From contig CAWDSQ010000007.1 of NCBI GenBank assembly GCA_963804955.1, positions 192,001 through 256,000 of the forward strand: 64,000 nt of DNA. The letters run 5' to 3'. This document shows positions 42,302 through 54,560 of this stretch, one piece after another (within the stretch, counting starts at the first letter, position 1; each line of letters opens with the position of its first letter). Made by a program: the position numbers and the translations under genes. Source of the stretch: an uncultured delta proteobacterium. Lineage in GTDB: Bacteria; Desulfobacterota; WTBG01; CAIYCZ01; CAIRTM01. Under the pieces are notes generated by a model. It searched no databases and was not told the origin of the DNA. It worked only from the letters and a program-made list of their open reading frames with translations.

Positions 42302-43072
42302 ATGTCTCTCAAGGATATACAGAGCCAGAATGACCATCGCCGTATAGAAATCGACAAGGTCGGCGTCAAGGGCATACACTATCCCATAGTCGTGCTCGAC
42401 AAAATGAACAAGGTGCAGAACACCATAGCGACGATCAACATGTATGTGAGCCTTCCCCATCACTTTAAGGGCACCCATATGAGCCGCTTCATTGAGGTCC
42501 TGAACGCCTATCGCCACGGCATCAGCACGAAGAATATCTCGGAAATACTTATAAAAATAAAGGAGAAGCTCCGGTCCGAATCGGCGCACATCGAAATTTT
42601 CTTTCCTTTTTTTATCGAGAAACAAGCACCGGTCACCGGTGCTGCAAGCCTTATGGAATATACCTGTCATCTCGTTGGATCGCACCGCGAGAAGCTCGAT
42701 CTGATCGTCGGCGTAGAGGTTCCGGTCACAACCCTGTGCCCCTGCTCACGGGAAATCAGCAATTACGGGGCTCATAATCAGCGCAGCCTTGTGCGGGTTC
42801 AGGGGCGCTTCAAGAAATTTTTCTGGATAGAGGATCTGATAGCCCTCATTGAGCAGTGCGCTGTAAATGAAATTTATCCCCTGCTCAAGCGTCCGGACGA
42901 AAAGTTCGTAACTGAAAAGGCCTATGATAACCCCATGTTTGTTGAGGATATAGTGCGTTCTGTTGCCGCCCGGCTGGAGCTTGACAGCAATGTCATCTGG
43001 TATATGATCGAGTCGGAGAATTTCGAAAGCATACATAATCACAGCGCCTATGCGCTGGTAGAAAAACGATAA
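42302..43072 (+). CDS. folE2: GTP cyclohydrolase IB
   Basis: DIQ, KGTHMSRF, TTLCPCS, GAHNQR, LKRPDE, FVED, ESIHNH. Confidence 0.97.
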   Translation: MSLKDIQSQNDHRRIEIDKVGVKGIHYPIVVLDKMNKVQNTIATINMYVSLPHHFKGTHMSRFIEVLNAYRHGISTKNISEILIKIKEKLRSESAHIEIFFPFFIEKQAPVTGAASLMEYTCHLVGSHREKLDLIVGVEVPVTTLCPCSREISNYGAHNQRSLVRVQGRFKKFFWIEDLIALIEQCAVNEIYPLLKRPDEKFVTEKAYDNPMFVEDIVRSVAARLELDSNVIWYMIESENFESIHNHSAYALVEKR

Positions 43073-43198
43073 CTGCTTGTGCCATAACCGTATGCGACAG
43101 CCGTGTTGGCCCGCACCGGATAGCCGGCAGCGATTGTACTGCGGGCAGGCAGGCATGCCGTCAGCTATGCTAAAACTCATCTTCAAGGAGGATCAGTC

Positions 43199-43933
43199 AT
43201 GAGTATATTCACGAAACGATGGGCCTGTGCCTCTGCTGCACTCATTTGCATACTGCTTGCGGCGCCAGGATATGCCGAAGCGATGCGTTTTGAATATTCT
43301 GCCGGCCAGGATGGTTTCCAGTTCAAATACCGCATACCTTTTTTGGGCTTTGGCAGGGTGAATCTGGCCGACCCGGCTGACCCGCCGGAGGCTATCAACA
43401 TCCGGTTTCTTTTTGTAAAACTGGCCACCATACAGTTGTCGATTGCTTCTGTAAACCCTGATGCAAAACAGCCCAATCTCACGCTGCGCTATGATATTTC
43501 AAGCCGGTTTTCGTCTTCACCGAAATCCGGCACTATTCCGGTTTCTTTTGGAGACGGAGGCCTCAGAATAAAGTTTTTTCGCCCATGGTTTTTATGGACC
43601 AGGGGCAATGATGCAGATATACGGCTGCTGCTGACCAGAAAAAAAACAAAGGCCGTGTTTGATTTTAGTTTGCCGAAGCTTGAGGGCACATGGGTGGATG
43701 AAGCCAACAGCCAGGACAATCAAATCCAGCAGTCAATAACCAACAATGATAATGAGACCTTTGCAGATATTACCATGACGTTTACCTATCTGCCGGCTTT
43801 TGTCACGAGAGTTAATTACTCTATAACCGTAACGCCCGACCCCGCGGGCGACCCTGATAATTCATCCAGTTTTGACGGCGATCTGGTGCTGCCCAATGGC
43901 AGTTATCATGCCTGGTTTAATGCTGCACAATAA
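43199..43933 (+). CDS. Hypothetical secreted beta-rich protein
   Basis: AAGGAGG RBS; signal peptide ...APGYAEA. Confidence 0.7.
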   Translation: MSIFTKRWACASAALICILLAAPGYAEAMRFEYSAGQDGFQFKYRIPFLGFGRVNLADPADPPEAINIRFLFVKLATIQLSIASVNPDAKQPNLTLRYDISSRFSSSPKSGTIPVSFGDGGLRIKFFRPWFLWTRGNDADIRLLLTRKKTKAVFDFSLPKLEGTWVDEANSQDNQIQQSITNNDNETFADITMTFTYLPAFVTRVNYSITVTPDPAGDPDNSSSFDGDLVLPNGSYHAWFNAAQ

Positions 43934-43998
43934 AATGGCTCCAGCAGGAACTGTGGGCCGCCTGACTGGTGCCTTAAAAAAACCGGCATGAGCTATTA

Positions 43999-44140
43999 TT
44001 CCCCCTTTAGCAAAGGGGGTTGGGGGGATTTGTCAGATTGCAAAAAATCCCCCTGTATCCCCCTTTTCCAAAGGGGGATGAAAACAGGCATATTTTTTTG
44101 TATACATACTATTGCCCCTCTTGTTTATGGGACGCTATAC
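43999..44140. repeat. CCCCCTTT...AAAGGGGG hairpin repeat family
   Basis: Related copies at about 23469-23517 and 24567-24645. Confidence 0.7.
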
Positions 44141-44286
44141 TCAGATTGATGCGCACTGCGCAGCCTGCAGACTCCTTCATTTGAAATGACAATGCGGCTG
44201 CACTATTTTGAGAAATGCTCGAAGGTTATCCGGCATTTTAAAAATATCACCAGCTGTATCTTATAAAGAATTTTATCTGAAATTGC

Positions 44287-45204
44287 ATGAAACAGCTCCG
44301 CATCGGCTATCTTTCCACGCTGTATCATACCTCCCATATCCTGAAGCACCAGGGCCGCATTGATGCCGGGCTTGGCGTTGCGGCGCAGTGGCAGCTGTTT
44401 GGAACAGGGCCTGCCATGGTCGAGGCTTTTGCCCGGGGAGAGCTCGACCTTGGCTATATAGGTCTTCCGCCTGCCATGATCGGCATCAGCCGGGGGCTTC
44501 CCCTGAAGTGCATCGCCGGCGGGCATATTGAGGGTACGGTGATGGTAGGCCCTGCTGACCTGGGCACTGCCCGGGACATGCACGACAGAAACGATATTCT
44601 TGCGCGGTTTGCAGGCAAAAAGATCGGCGCGCCTGCCCGCGGCTCGATTCATGATATTATCATCCGCCACCTTTTGCACACACAGGGCGTTGCCGGCGCT
44701 TCTGTGGTCAATTATCCGTGGGCCGATCTTATGCCGCAGGCCATTGCCGATGGCGAGATTGCAGCGGCAGTGGGCACGCCGCCCCTTGCGGCAGTGGCGC
44801 AGGCCTGGTACGGCCACAGCATCATCATCCCGCCCGGGCTTGTATGGCCTTTCAATCCCAGCTACGGCATTATCGTGCATGCGGATCTGCTGAATGAGAG
44901 AGATTTTCTGGATGGCTTTATCGGGCTGCATGAGCAGGCCTGCGCCTGCATGCGCGAGCAGCCGGGCGAGGCCGCACGGATTCTATCCCAGGCAGTGAAA
45001 GTCGTCGATGCGGCCTTTGTGCAGAGAGTGCTGGCTGTTTCGCCGCATTACTGCTCGGCACTGCCCGAGCCCTATCGCGCGGCAACCATGGCATTTGTTC
45101 CGGTGCTGCGGGAACTGGGGTATATAGACCGGGAGCTTGAGGAGCGGGAGGTTTTTGATCTTTCCTTCATCGGCCGGGTGCATGCCGGGCCCCACCATTA
45201 CTGA
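44287..45204 (+). CDS. ABC transporter substrate-binding protein (NitT/TauT type)
   Basis: LRIGYL, FGTGPAMVEAFARGELDLGYIGLPP, GKKIGAPARGSIHD. Confidence 0.85.
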   Translation: MKQLRIGYLSTLYHTSHILKHQGRIDAGLGVAAQWQLFGTGPAMVEAFARGELDLGYIGLPPAMIGISRGLPLKCIAGGHIEGTVMVGPADLGTARDMHDRNDILARFAGKKIGAPARGSIHDIIIRHLLHTQGVAGASVVNYPWADLMPQAIADGEIAAAVGTPPLAAVAQAWYGHSIIIPPGLVWPFNPSYGIIVHADLLNERDFLDGFIGLHEQACACMREQPGEAARILSQAVKVVDAAFVQRVLAVSPHYCSALPEPYRAATMAFVPVLRELGYIDRELEEREVFDLSFIGRVHAGPHHY

Positions 45205-45899
45205 TCATCATGCTTCTTTTTGGCCGGGCAGCCCTCAACCACGACGGTGAATTCGCCTTTTATCACAGCGCTGCCCAGTTTATCTGCAATCACGGAAAGC
45301 GATCCGTATATAAATTCTTCATGCAGTTTGGTGAGCTCCCGGGCAACAACTGCGCGCCGCTCGCCAAGCACCTCCATCATATCGGCAATGGCTGCCTGAA
45401 TTCTATAGGGGGATTCATAGAAGATGAGCGTCCGCTCTTCGCCGGCTATTTTTTTAAGCAGATTCTTGCGCTTGCCCGACTTGGGCGGCAGAAATCCTTC
45501 AAAGGCAAAACGGTGCACGGCCAGGCCCGAGGCGCTCAGTGCTGCAATGGCAGCGCAGACGCCGGGCAGGGGCACGACGGTTATCGATTCGGCAATAGCC
45601 GCGGCAACAATGCGAAATCCCGGATCTGAAATGGTGGGCGTGCCTGCTTCTGAAACAAGGGCAATATTTTTCCCCTCCTTCAGCCGGCTTACAAGCCAGC
45701 CGGTTTTTACCTGCTCATTATGCTCAAAGTAGCTGGTAAGGGGCTTCTTTATGGTATAATGATTCAAAAGGATGGAGGTTTTGCGCGTATCCTCTGCGGC
45801 AATGAGATCAACCTCGGCGAGAATGCGCAGCGCCCGCATGGTGATATCTTCGAGATTGCCGATAGGGGTTGAAACGATATAGAGTGTGCCTGTTGACAT
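45198..45899 (-). CDS. rsmI: 16S rRNA (cytidine1402-2'-O)-methyltransferase
   Basis: LYIVSTPIGNLEDIT, AEDTR, SEAGTPTISDPG, FYESPYR, RELTKLHEE. Confidence 0.96.
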   Translation of the reverse strand: MSTGTLYIVSTPIGNLEDITMRALRILAEVDLIAAEDTRKTSILLNHYTIKKPLTSYFEHNEQVKTGWLVSRLKEGKNIALVSEAGTPTISDPGFRIVAAAIAESITVVPLPGVCAAIAALSASGLAVHRFAFEGFLPPKSGKRKNLLKKIAGEERTLIFYESPYRIQAAIADMMEVLGERRAVVARELTKLHEEFIYGSLSVIADKLGSAVIKGEFTVVVEGCPAKKKHDDQ

Positions 45900-46226
45900 G
45901 CCTGCGCCTTTTTTGAATGAATTGTGATGCTCACGCAAAAAGTTAAAAAAACAGTCATTGCGGACGAAGTAGGGGCTCAAGATTTTGAGCCCCTGCGAAA
46001 AACAGAGATGTGATGCAAGGCTCGAAAAACGGTCAATGACAGCAGGTGCTTTTTTGTCATCGCGGGGCCACAGGCCGTGGCGATCTCATGTGCCGGTGCA
46101 GGACCGGGATTGCCGCGTCAGTCGCTCCGCTCTTTCCTTGCAATGACGGTCATCGCGACTTATTTATAAGAGTAGCAGTTGTTGTAGCCGCAGTTTAATG
46201 CATCAGGGAGGTGCTGTCCACAGATT

Positions 46227-47436
46227 ATGAAAAAAAAGAGAACGGCAGTCAGCTTGTCACCGCAGCTCGAGCAGCTGCTCAGCAGCAATGCGGGCCTGGA
46301 AGACGGGCTGCGCAAAAACAAAAAATTGCTGCAGGAACTGGCGGGAGCAGTGAAGGCGCTCTCGGATGCCTATGTTGAGCCGGAGCAGTGTGACTGGAAA
46401 GCGCTCTACAAGAACACAGCAGCCGTCCATGCCTACCTGCTTTATTATCTGCCGGTAAATCTGGTCAAGCTTTTTCCGCTGCTGGATGAGCTTGCCAAAG
46501 GCGGCGCTTTCGATGTCGCGCAGCGGCAGCATATGTCCGTACTTGATATCGGGTGCGGCCCCGGCACTTTCATGCTCGGTCTGCTTGAATACTGTTGCCG
46601 GGCCGGCAGGCCGGAATCTGCCGGCCCTGTATCAATTTCTCTTACCGGCATCGACCGCAGCAAAGACAACCTGGCTGCGGCAGACAGGCTCATCCGGCAG
46701 TATTGCAGCCCCGGCTGTTTGCCTCCGGGCATGACGGTCACGGCATCGTTCAGGCAGGGCTCCGTGCTCTCACCGGATTTTTTGAACAGCCCCGAACTGT
46801 ATGATCTCATTATCGCCGGCAATGTGCTTGCAGAGCTGCAGGGAGAAGCTCTTTCCTCCTGTCTGGCTGCAATCACTGAGCATCTGGCCCCGGGCGGAGC
46901 GCTCATTATTGTAGATCCCGGTACGCGCCGCGCGGCACAGCGCCTGCTTGATGTCAGGAACATGCTTCTTCAGAATACCGGGTTGCGGCTGTATGCCCCC
47001 TGCCTCTGCGCCGCGCCCTGCCCCCTGCAGGATGACCCCGGGCAGTGGTGCCATGAAAAGCTGTTCTGGCAGCCCACGGAGGCTGTTCGCCTGATCGACA
47101 GCGTGCTTGGTTTCACCAAAGAAAAAGGGATCAAGTATTCATTTCTCAGTTTTGTAAAGAAGGATGTTGACACGGCTGAGCCTGTATGCCGGCATGGCGC
47201 AGGAAAAGATCTGGCGGGTCGGCAGCTATGTGATAAAAAATAAAGGTGAGCATCGGCTGTGGGTCTGCAATGGACGGCAGCGGCTGCTGCTGCGCCGCCT
47301 TGAACGCAATTGTTCAGAGACAAACAGTGATTTTGACCAGGCTGAGCGCGGCGATATTGTTTTTGTCGACGGAACCGTTGCCCGCGCTGCATTTCATGAT
47401 ATGCCGCGGGAGGCTGTTTTTACCATCCTGCAATGA
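46227..47436 (+). CDS. Rsm22-family SAM-dependent methyltransferase, frameshifted
   Basis: AYLLYYLPVN, LDIGCGPG, IVDPGT, APC...CP...WCH, YSFL. Confidence 0.8.
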
Positions 47437-47471
47437 TATGCGCTGAGGGTTCTGCACGCTGTTGCGAGTTG

Positions 47472-47602
47472 GTAGGGTGCGCCGTGCGCACCGATGACGG
47501 CAGGTTATTGTGTTGCTATGCCCGCGGTGTAAAAAACCGGATAGGCGACGTGGTTTTAAATTTGATTTTTGTTTAATTATCGGTGCGCACGGCGCACCCT
47601 AC
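47472..47602. repeat. GTAG-type REP doublet (REPIN-like)
   Basis: GTAGGGTGCGCCGTGCGCACCG...CGGTGCGCACGGCGCACCCTAC, a perfect inverted pair. Confidence 0.85.
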
Positions 47603-47721
47603 GCCCTGAACACACAGAACGAATCATATTGCAGCCGACCCCGCTAAAGCGGGGCGGCTGAGCTTTAGCGGTATAATTCTTGTTTTGAAGCCGGGATGTC
47701 CAGGAAAGAAAGCAAAAAGCT

Positions 47722-49038
47722 ATGCATACATCAGTTTTTTCACGCCGCGATTTTATTAAACTGACCGGCCTTACTGCCGCGGGGCTCGCTCTTGGCTGCG
47801 CGGTCAATCCCGTCACCGGGCAGTCGCAACTGATGCTTGTGTCTGAAGGGGATGAGGTTCAGCTCGACCGCCAGAGCTCGCCGTTTCAGCTTTCGGCAGA
47901 CTATGGCATGGTGCAGGACAGCGCTCTTGCTGCCTATGTCAGCGGGGTGGGCATGCGCCTTGCAAAACTTACCCACCGGCCGCAGATGCCCTATGCCTTC
48001 CGCACGGTCAATGCCGTGTATGTCAATGCCTATGCTTTTCCCGGCGGCACAATCGCCGCCACGCGGGGCATTTTGCTGAAACTCAGGAATGAGGCGGAGC
48101 TAGCGGCCCTTTTAGGGCATGAGCTGGGGCATGTGAATGCACGGCATACGGCGCAGCAGGCCTCAAAAAGCATGATTGCGCAGGCAGTGCTGGGCAGCGT
48201 TGCCATGATTGCGGGCACAACAAGCCAGGCTCTGGGAAATATTGCTTCGCAAATGGGCATGATCGGCGCGGGGGTGCTGCTTGCTTCCTACAGCCGTGAA
48301 GCCGAAAGGCAGGCAGACAGCCTCAGCATGGACTATGCCGTGCGCGCCGGCTACAGCCCCGAGGGCTGTGTCGGGCTCATGGACATGCTGAAAGGACTTT
48401 CCAAAAGCCGCTCCGGGGCTGTTGAGCTGCTGTTTTCCACGCATCCCATGAGCGAAGACCGCTATCAGGCCATGGCAGCGGAAGCATCGCAGAAATACGC
48501 CGCAGCCCGTACAAACCCCCTGTACCGCGAGCGGTATATGGATAACACGTCCCGCCTGCGCAGCCGGCAGGCTGCCATCGAGTCGATGCAGAAGGCAGAA
48601 GAGGAGCTTGCCAAAAAACAGTACGGCCCTGCCGAGGCGCTGCTGCGCCGGGCTCTTTCGCTTGCCCCTGATGATTATGCCGGGCTTCTCATCATGGCCA
48701 AGTGCCGGTTTATGCAGGAGCGCTACGGCGAGGCGCAGCGCTACGGGCAGCAGGCAAAGCAGGCTTACCCCGGCGAGGCGCAGGGCCACCAGGTGTGCGC
48801 GTATGCCTGCATGAAACTGAAAAAATATGACCTGGCGTATCAGGATTTTTCAACCGTCGAGCGCCTGCTGCCCGGCAATCCGGATAATGCTTTCAGCAAG
48901 GGATACTGCCTTGAGCAGATGGGCCGCAAGCCTGATGCTGCCAGGGAGTACCAGCGGTATCTCCAGAAGGTGCAGGAGGGTGACAAGGCCCGGTATGCCT
49001 ACCAGCGCCTGGTGCAGTGGGGGTATGTGAATGGATAG
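47722..49038 (+). CDS. M48-family metalloprotease (BepA-like) with Tat/lipoprotein signal and TPRs
   Basis: SRRDFIK...LGC; NAYAFPGG, GHELGH, YSREAERQAD, STHP; TPR C-terminus. Confidence 0.92.
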   Translation: MHTSVFSRRDFIKLTGLTAAGLALGCAVNPVTGQSQLMLVSEGDEVQLDRQSSPFQLSADYGMVQDSALAAYVSGVGMRLAKLTHRPQMPYAFRTVNAVYVNAYAFPGGTIAATRGILLKLRNEAELAALLGHELGHVNARHTAQQASKSMIAQAVLGSVAMIAGTTSQALGNIASQMGMIGAGVLLASYSREAERQADSLSMDYAVRAGYSPEGCVGLMDMLKGLSKSRSGAVELLFSTHPMSEDRYQAMAAEASQKYAAARTNPLYRERYMDNTSRLRSRQAAIESMQKAEEELAKKQYGPAEALLRRALSLAPDDYAGLLIMAKCRFMQERYGEAQRYGQQAKQAYPGEAQGHQVCAYACMKLKKYDLAYQDFSTVERLLPGNPDNAFSKGYCLEQMGRKPDAAREYQRYLQKVQEGDKARYAYQRLVQWGYVNG

Positions 49039-49241
49039 AGTATTTTTCTTTATTTTGCAGCCGAATTCTCCATAGCTGCCATTCCCGTTCGTGGTGAGCC
49101 CTGAGCTTGACGAAGGGTCGAACCATGAACGGAAAGGCGGCCCTTCGATCCTTCGACAGGCTCAGGATGCAGGGCGAACGGATAGGAGTTTTTTTTGAAG
49201 ATATTTTTTTTGCAGGCTACAGTATTTAGAAAAATGCTCTC
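49036..49241. mobile_element. MITE-like element with 13-bp terminal inverted repeats
   Basis: AGAGTATTTTTCT...AGAAAAATGCTCT; internal CCGTTCG...CGAACGG hairpin; related to 23286-23440. Confidence 0.7.
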
Positions 49242-49316
49242 GTTAAGCTGCCAGCAAGAAAAAAGCCCCCGCGCCATAAGGCACAGGGGCTTTTGCTTGT
49301 AGCGGGTGAGTTTGGA

Positions 49317-50957
<1,641 letters not shown>

Positions 50958-50991
50958 CTAGCCTCCACTATATATTAATTGTTTATTTAAA

Positions 50992-51282
50992 TTACTTCTG
51001 GATGATGCCCAGGATATCGTCTTCGCGCAGGATCAGATGCTCTTCATTTTCGATTTTGATCTCGGTGCCTGCATATTTGCCGAACAGCACGATGTCGCCT
51101 GCCTTCACCTCGGGTGCAACGCGGGTGCCCTTTTCATTCAATTTTCCGGGGCCTACGGCTATAACCTTGCCCTCCATGGGCTTTTCTTTGGCGCTGTCGG
51201 GGATGATGATGCCGCCCTTGGTCTTTTCTTCGCCTTCCAGTCTTTTAACGATGATTCGGTCCTGCAGTGGTCTGATTTTCAT
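50992..51282 (-). CDS. groES: Co-chaperonin GroES
   Basis: [10 protein letters not shown]...[15 protein letters not shown]. Confidence 0.99.
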   Translation of the reverse strand: MKIRPLQDRIIVKRLEGEEKTKGGIIIPDSAKEKPMEGKVIAVGPGKLNEKGTRVAPEVKAGDIVLFGKYAGTEIKIENEEHLILREDDILGIIQK

Positions 51283-51525
51283 ACGTTTCCTCCTTTGACT
51301 ACTGTTTAATGGTTGCCTTAAACTTGAATAAATTCAAATAGTTAGGCTTTTTAGGGTGTTTTAGTGCACCGCGCATTAGCAAATGCTTGATAATATAAGG
51401 TATATCGTAACAGAGTCAAGGCAGGGTGGTCATTTTTTTTTAAAAAATGCGTGAGAAAGCCTGCTTGACTTGAAGACAGGAAGCTCTTATGTTTATCTTA
51501 AATAACGCTTTTGAAAGGAACGGCA

Positions 51526-52374
51526 ATGGGAAATCAGCTTAAAACCGCAGTTTTGCTTGGCGTTTTGACAGCCCTCATCATCATGTTCGGCAGCTCTGTG
51601 GGCGGCCAGAACGGCATGATGATAGCATTTGTTTTTGCCCTGGGTATGAATTTTTTCAGCTATTGGTTCAGCGACAAAATCGTTCTGCGGATGTACAAAG
51701 CACAGGAAGTCTCCGAGGCAGAGTCCCCCGAGCTTTTTGCCATAGTGCACCGGCTGACGGCAGCAGCCGGTCTTCCGATGCCCAAGCTGTATATTATCCC
51801 TGATGAGTCGCCCAATGCATTTGCCACGGGCCGAAACCCTGAGCATGCGGCTGTGGCCGTCACACAGGGTATCCTGAGGCTTCTGAGCCGCGATGAGCTC
51901 GAGGGCGTGCTTGCCCATGAGCTTGCTCATGTAAAAAATCGAGACATTCTTATCGGCACTGTGGCAGCCGTGCTGGCGGGTGTTATTACCTATATAGCCC
52001 ATATGGCTCAGTGGGCTGCCATGTTCGGCGGTTTTTCGCGCGATGATGATGAGGATGGCGGCGGAAGCCTGATCGGCACCATCATTCTTGCCATTGTCGC
52101 TCCCATAGCCGCGCTGATTATTCAGATGGCGATTTCGCGCTCCCGGGAATATCTTGCGGATGAAACCGGCGCACGTTTTGCCGGCACCCCCTCGGGGCTC
52201 GCCGGAGCGCTTGAAAAGCTCGATTATGCTTCGCAGCGCGTACCGCTCAAGGCCAATCCCGCCACGGAGAATATGTTCATTGTCAAGCCCTTTACCGGCG
52301 GCGGCATCATGAACCTGTTCAGCACCCATCCGCCTATTGAGGAGCGCATTCAGCGGCTGCGGGAGTTGCGGTAA
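51526..52374 (+). CDS. htpX: Zinc metalloprotease HtpX
   Basis: [32 protein letters not shown]. Confidence 0.96.
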   Translation: MGNQLKTAVLLGVLTALIIMFGSSVGGQNGMMIAFVFALGMNFFSYWFSDKIVLRMYKAQEVSEAESPELFAIVHRLTAAAGLPMPKLYIIPDESPNAFATGRNPEHAAVAVTQGILRLLSRDELEGVLAHELAHVKNRDILIGTVAAVLAGVITYIAHMAQWAAMFGGFSRDDDEDGGGSLIGTIILAIVAPIAALIIQMAISRSREYLADETGARFAGTPSGLAGALEKLDYASQRVPLKANPATENMFIVKPFTGGGIMNLFSTHPPIEERIQRLRELR

Positions 52375-52517
52375 CGAGCTATTGCGGATTTTAAAATGAG
52401 AATCTAACGGGTGCGGTCATCGCGCTCCCTACGATCCTGAACACCGAACTTATAACTTCGAACTTAAGCACGGGAACATCCTTACAGCCCCTAGAATCTT
52501 GAACTCTATAACAGGGG

Positions 52518-52874
52518 ATGATCATGGAAAACAGAGAAACCGATCACCGCCCCTGGGGCTACTATGAAGTTCTGAAGGATGAGCCGTTCTGCAAGGTAAA
52601 GAAGATCGTCGTGTATCCCGGCAAACGCCTCAGCCTGCAGCGCCACCGGCGCCGCAGCGAGCACTGGTTTATCGTTCAGGGCCTGGCATCGGTGACGCTT
52701 GATGACGCGGTGCTGCATATTGCTGCCGGTCAGGCCGTGGATATTCCCCGCGGGGCAAAACACCGTGTTGCCAATACCGCAGCCGATGAACTGGCCTTTA
52801 TTGAAATTCAGACGGGTGATTATTTTGGTGAAGACGATATAGAACGGCTGGAAGACGATTTCGGGAGAGCCTGA
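52518..52874 (+). CDS. Cupin protein (type II phosphomannose isomerase C-terminal domain)
   Basis: RPWGYY, LSLQRHRRRSEHW, IEIQTGDYFGEDDIERLEDDFGR. Confidence 0.92.
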   Translation: MIMENRETDHRPWGYYEVLKDEPFCKVKKIVVYPGKRLSLQRHRRRSEHWFIVQGLASVTLDDAVLHIAAGQAVDIPRGAKHRVANTAADELAFIEIQTGDYFGEDDIERLEDDFGRA

Positions 52875-53308
52875 GAAATTTTGATGGTTTCAAGTTAGAA
52901 AAATCTTTACGTGTTCGAATTCCGAAGATGGATGCTTTTATATTTTCCCCGCGGATTACCTCAAATACTCCATTACGCAATTTCCCGGTTTAAACGTATC
53001 CGTTGGGGATCAAAAATGCGAACAGTCCTCAGACCTCCTGATATGCACGCAGCAATCTGTGCAGGTGGGGTATCCTAGCGGAAACATGCAGATAGTCTGC
53101 GCAAACACAGCATAGAAGCCTGGCTGTTTGCCGCTCATCCCCGGTCTTTCATGCCGTAACGAACATAACAGTGTGGCTTTCAACATGCGTCCTTTCAAAT
53201 CAATGGTTGTTTGCACGCACATTTTTCAAAAAATATTATTTATACCTCTTGCATAATTTCATTTAAAGCAGTATATCTGAAAAAAACCTTTAAGAAGTTT
53301 GCCGAATT

Positions 53309-54436
53309 ATGAAAAAGAAAATAATTATTGTTGTTATTGGATTGGCTGTACTGATCGGCATTATTGCCGGCATCAAAGGCCTTCAGATCGGCAAGATGAT
53401 GGGCCAGAAGCGGCCCGTACTTGTTGAGACCGTTACCGCAGCCGTAGTAGAGCACTCAGAATTGGGAATCAACACTTTCATCGGTCGGATCGCTGGTCGC
53501 GGTGCAGGGAGTAACAGTATCCGCGGAAATGGCGGGGAAGGTGGCCAGTATTGCTTTTGAGCCCGGCTCCAGCGGTGCAGGCGGGCGATTTGCTCGTGCA
53601 GCAGGATGTAGCAGCCGAGACCGCGCAGCTGCGCTCGGCGGAAGCAAGCCTTGCCCTTGCCAAAGTAAATTTCGAGCGCGCCACAAAACTGCTGCAGCAG
53701 AAAACCTATTCCCGGTCAGAGTATGACAGCGCAGATGCCCAGTTCAAGCAGGCCGCGGCACAGGCTGATAACTTAAAGGCTGTCATTGCAAAAAAAACCA
53801 TCCGGGCGCCGTTTGCCGGCGTACTCGGGATACGGCTGATAAATCTCGGGCAGATGCTCAGTGCCGGAGACGCCATCGTTTCGCTGCAGGCCCTTGATCC
53901 GGTATTTGTAAATTTTTCCCTTCCCCAGCAGCAGTTCTCAAAAATAAAAACCGGCCTGACCGTGCGCATCAAGACCGATGCGCTGCCGGGGCGGGTTCTC
54001 GATGGAACCATTACGGCTCTTAATCCGCAGGTTGAAGCTGCAACGCGCAATATCATGGTGCAGGGCAACGATAAAAAACTCCGAACTGCTGCTGCGGCCC
54101 GGCATGTTCGTAACCGTAACCCTGGTGCTGCCGGAGCAGCAGCCGGTGCTTGCCATACCCGCAACCGGGGTTTTAAACGCGCCCTACAGCGATTCGGTTT
54201 TTATTGTGGAAAAGGCCCCTGATAACAGCACCGCTGCAGGCGGCATGGTGGTTCGCCAGCAGTTTGTGCGGCTCGGCGAGCGGCAGGGCGATTTTGTAGC
54301 GGTACATGCCGGGCTGAAACAGGGCGACATGATTGTCAGCACCGGAGTGTTTAAGCTCCGCAACGGCCAGGCTGTTGCTGTTGATAATACGCTGGCACCC
54401 AAATTCGAACTTGCGCCCACACCCAAGGACAGATGA
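53309..54436 (+). CDS. RND efflux periplasmic adaptor subunit, frameshifted
   Basis: TM anchor; GVTVSAEMAGKV, IRAPFAG, LRPGMFV, GVFKLRNG. Confidence 0.9.
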
Positions 54437-54560
54437 AGTCAGAATCCAGAATCCAGGAGTCGGAACCCGGAAGAAAAGACTAAGTATCCGGAAGTTGGAG
54501 CAATAAAAATTTTTTATTTATTCTGAATTCTGCCTACGGACTTCCTTTAATGGTTATAGA

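Noticed and set aside
51340..51400. CIRCE element upstream of groES
   Set aside because: Only partial TTAGCA and GTGC matches; the TTAGCACTC-N9-GAGTGCTAA geometry is not met.
52880..53300. ncRNA or small gene upstream of the RND operon
   Set aside because: Only weak hairpins and short ORFs without an RBS; nothing supportable by eye.
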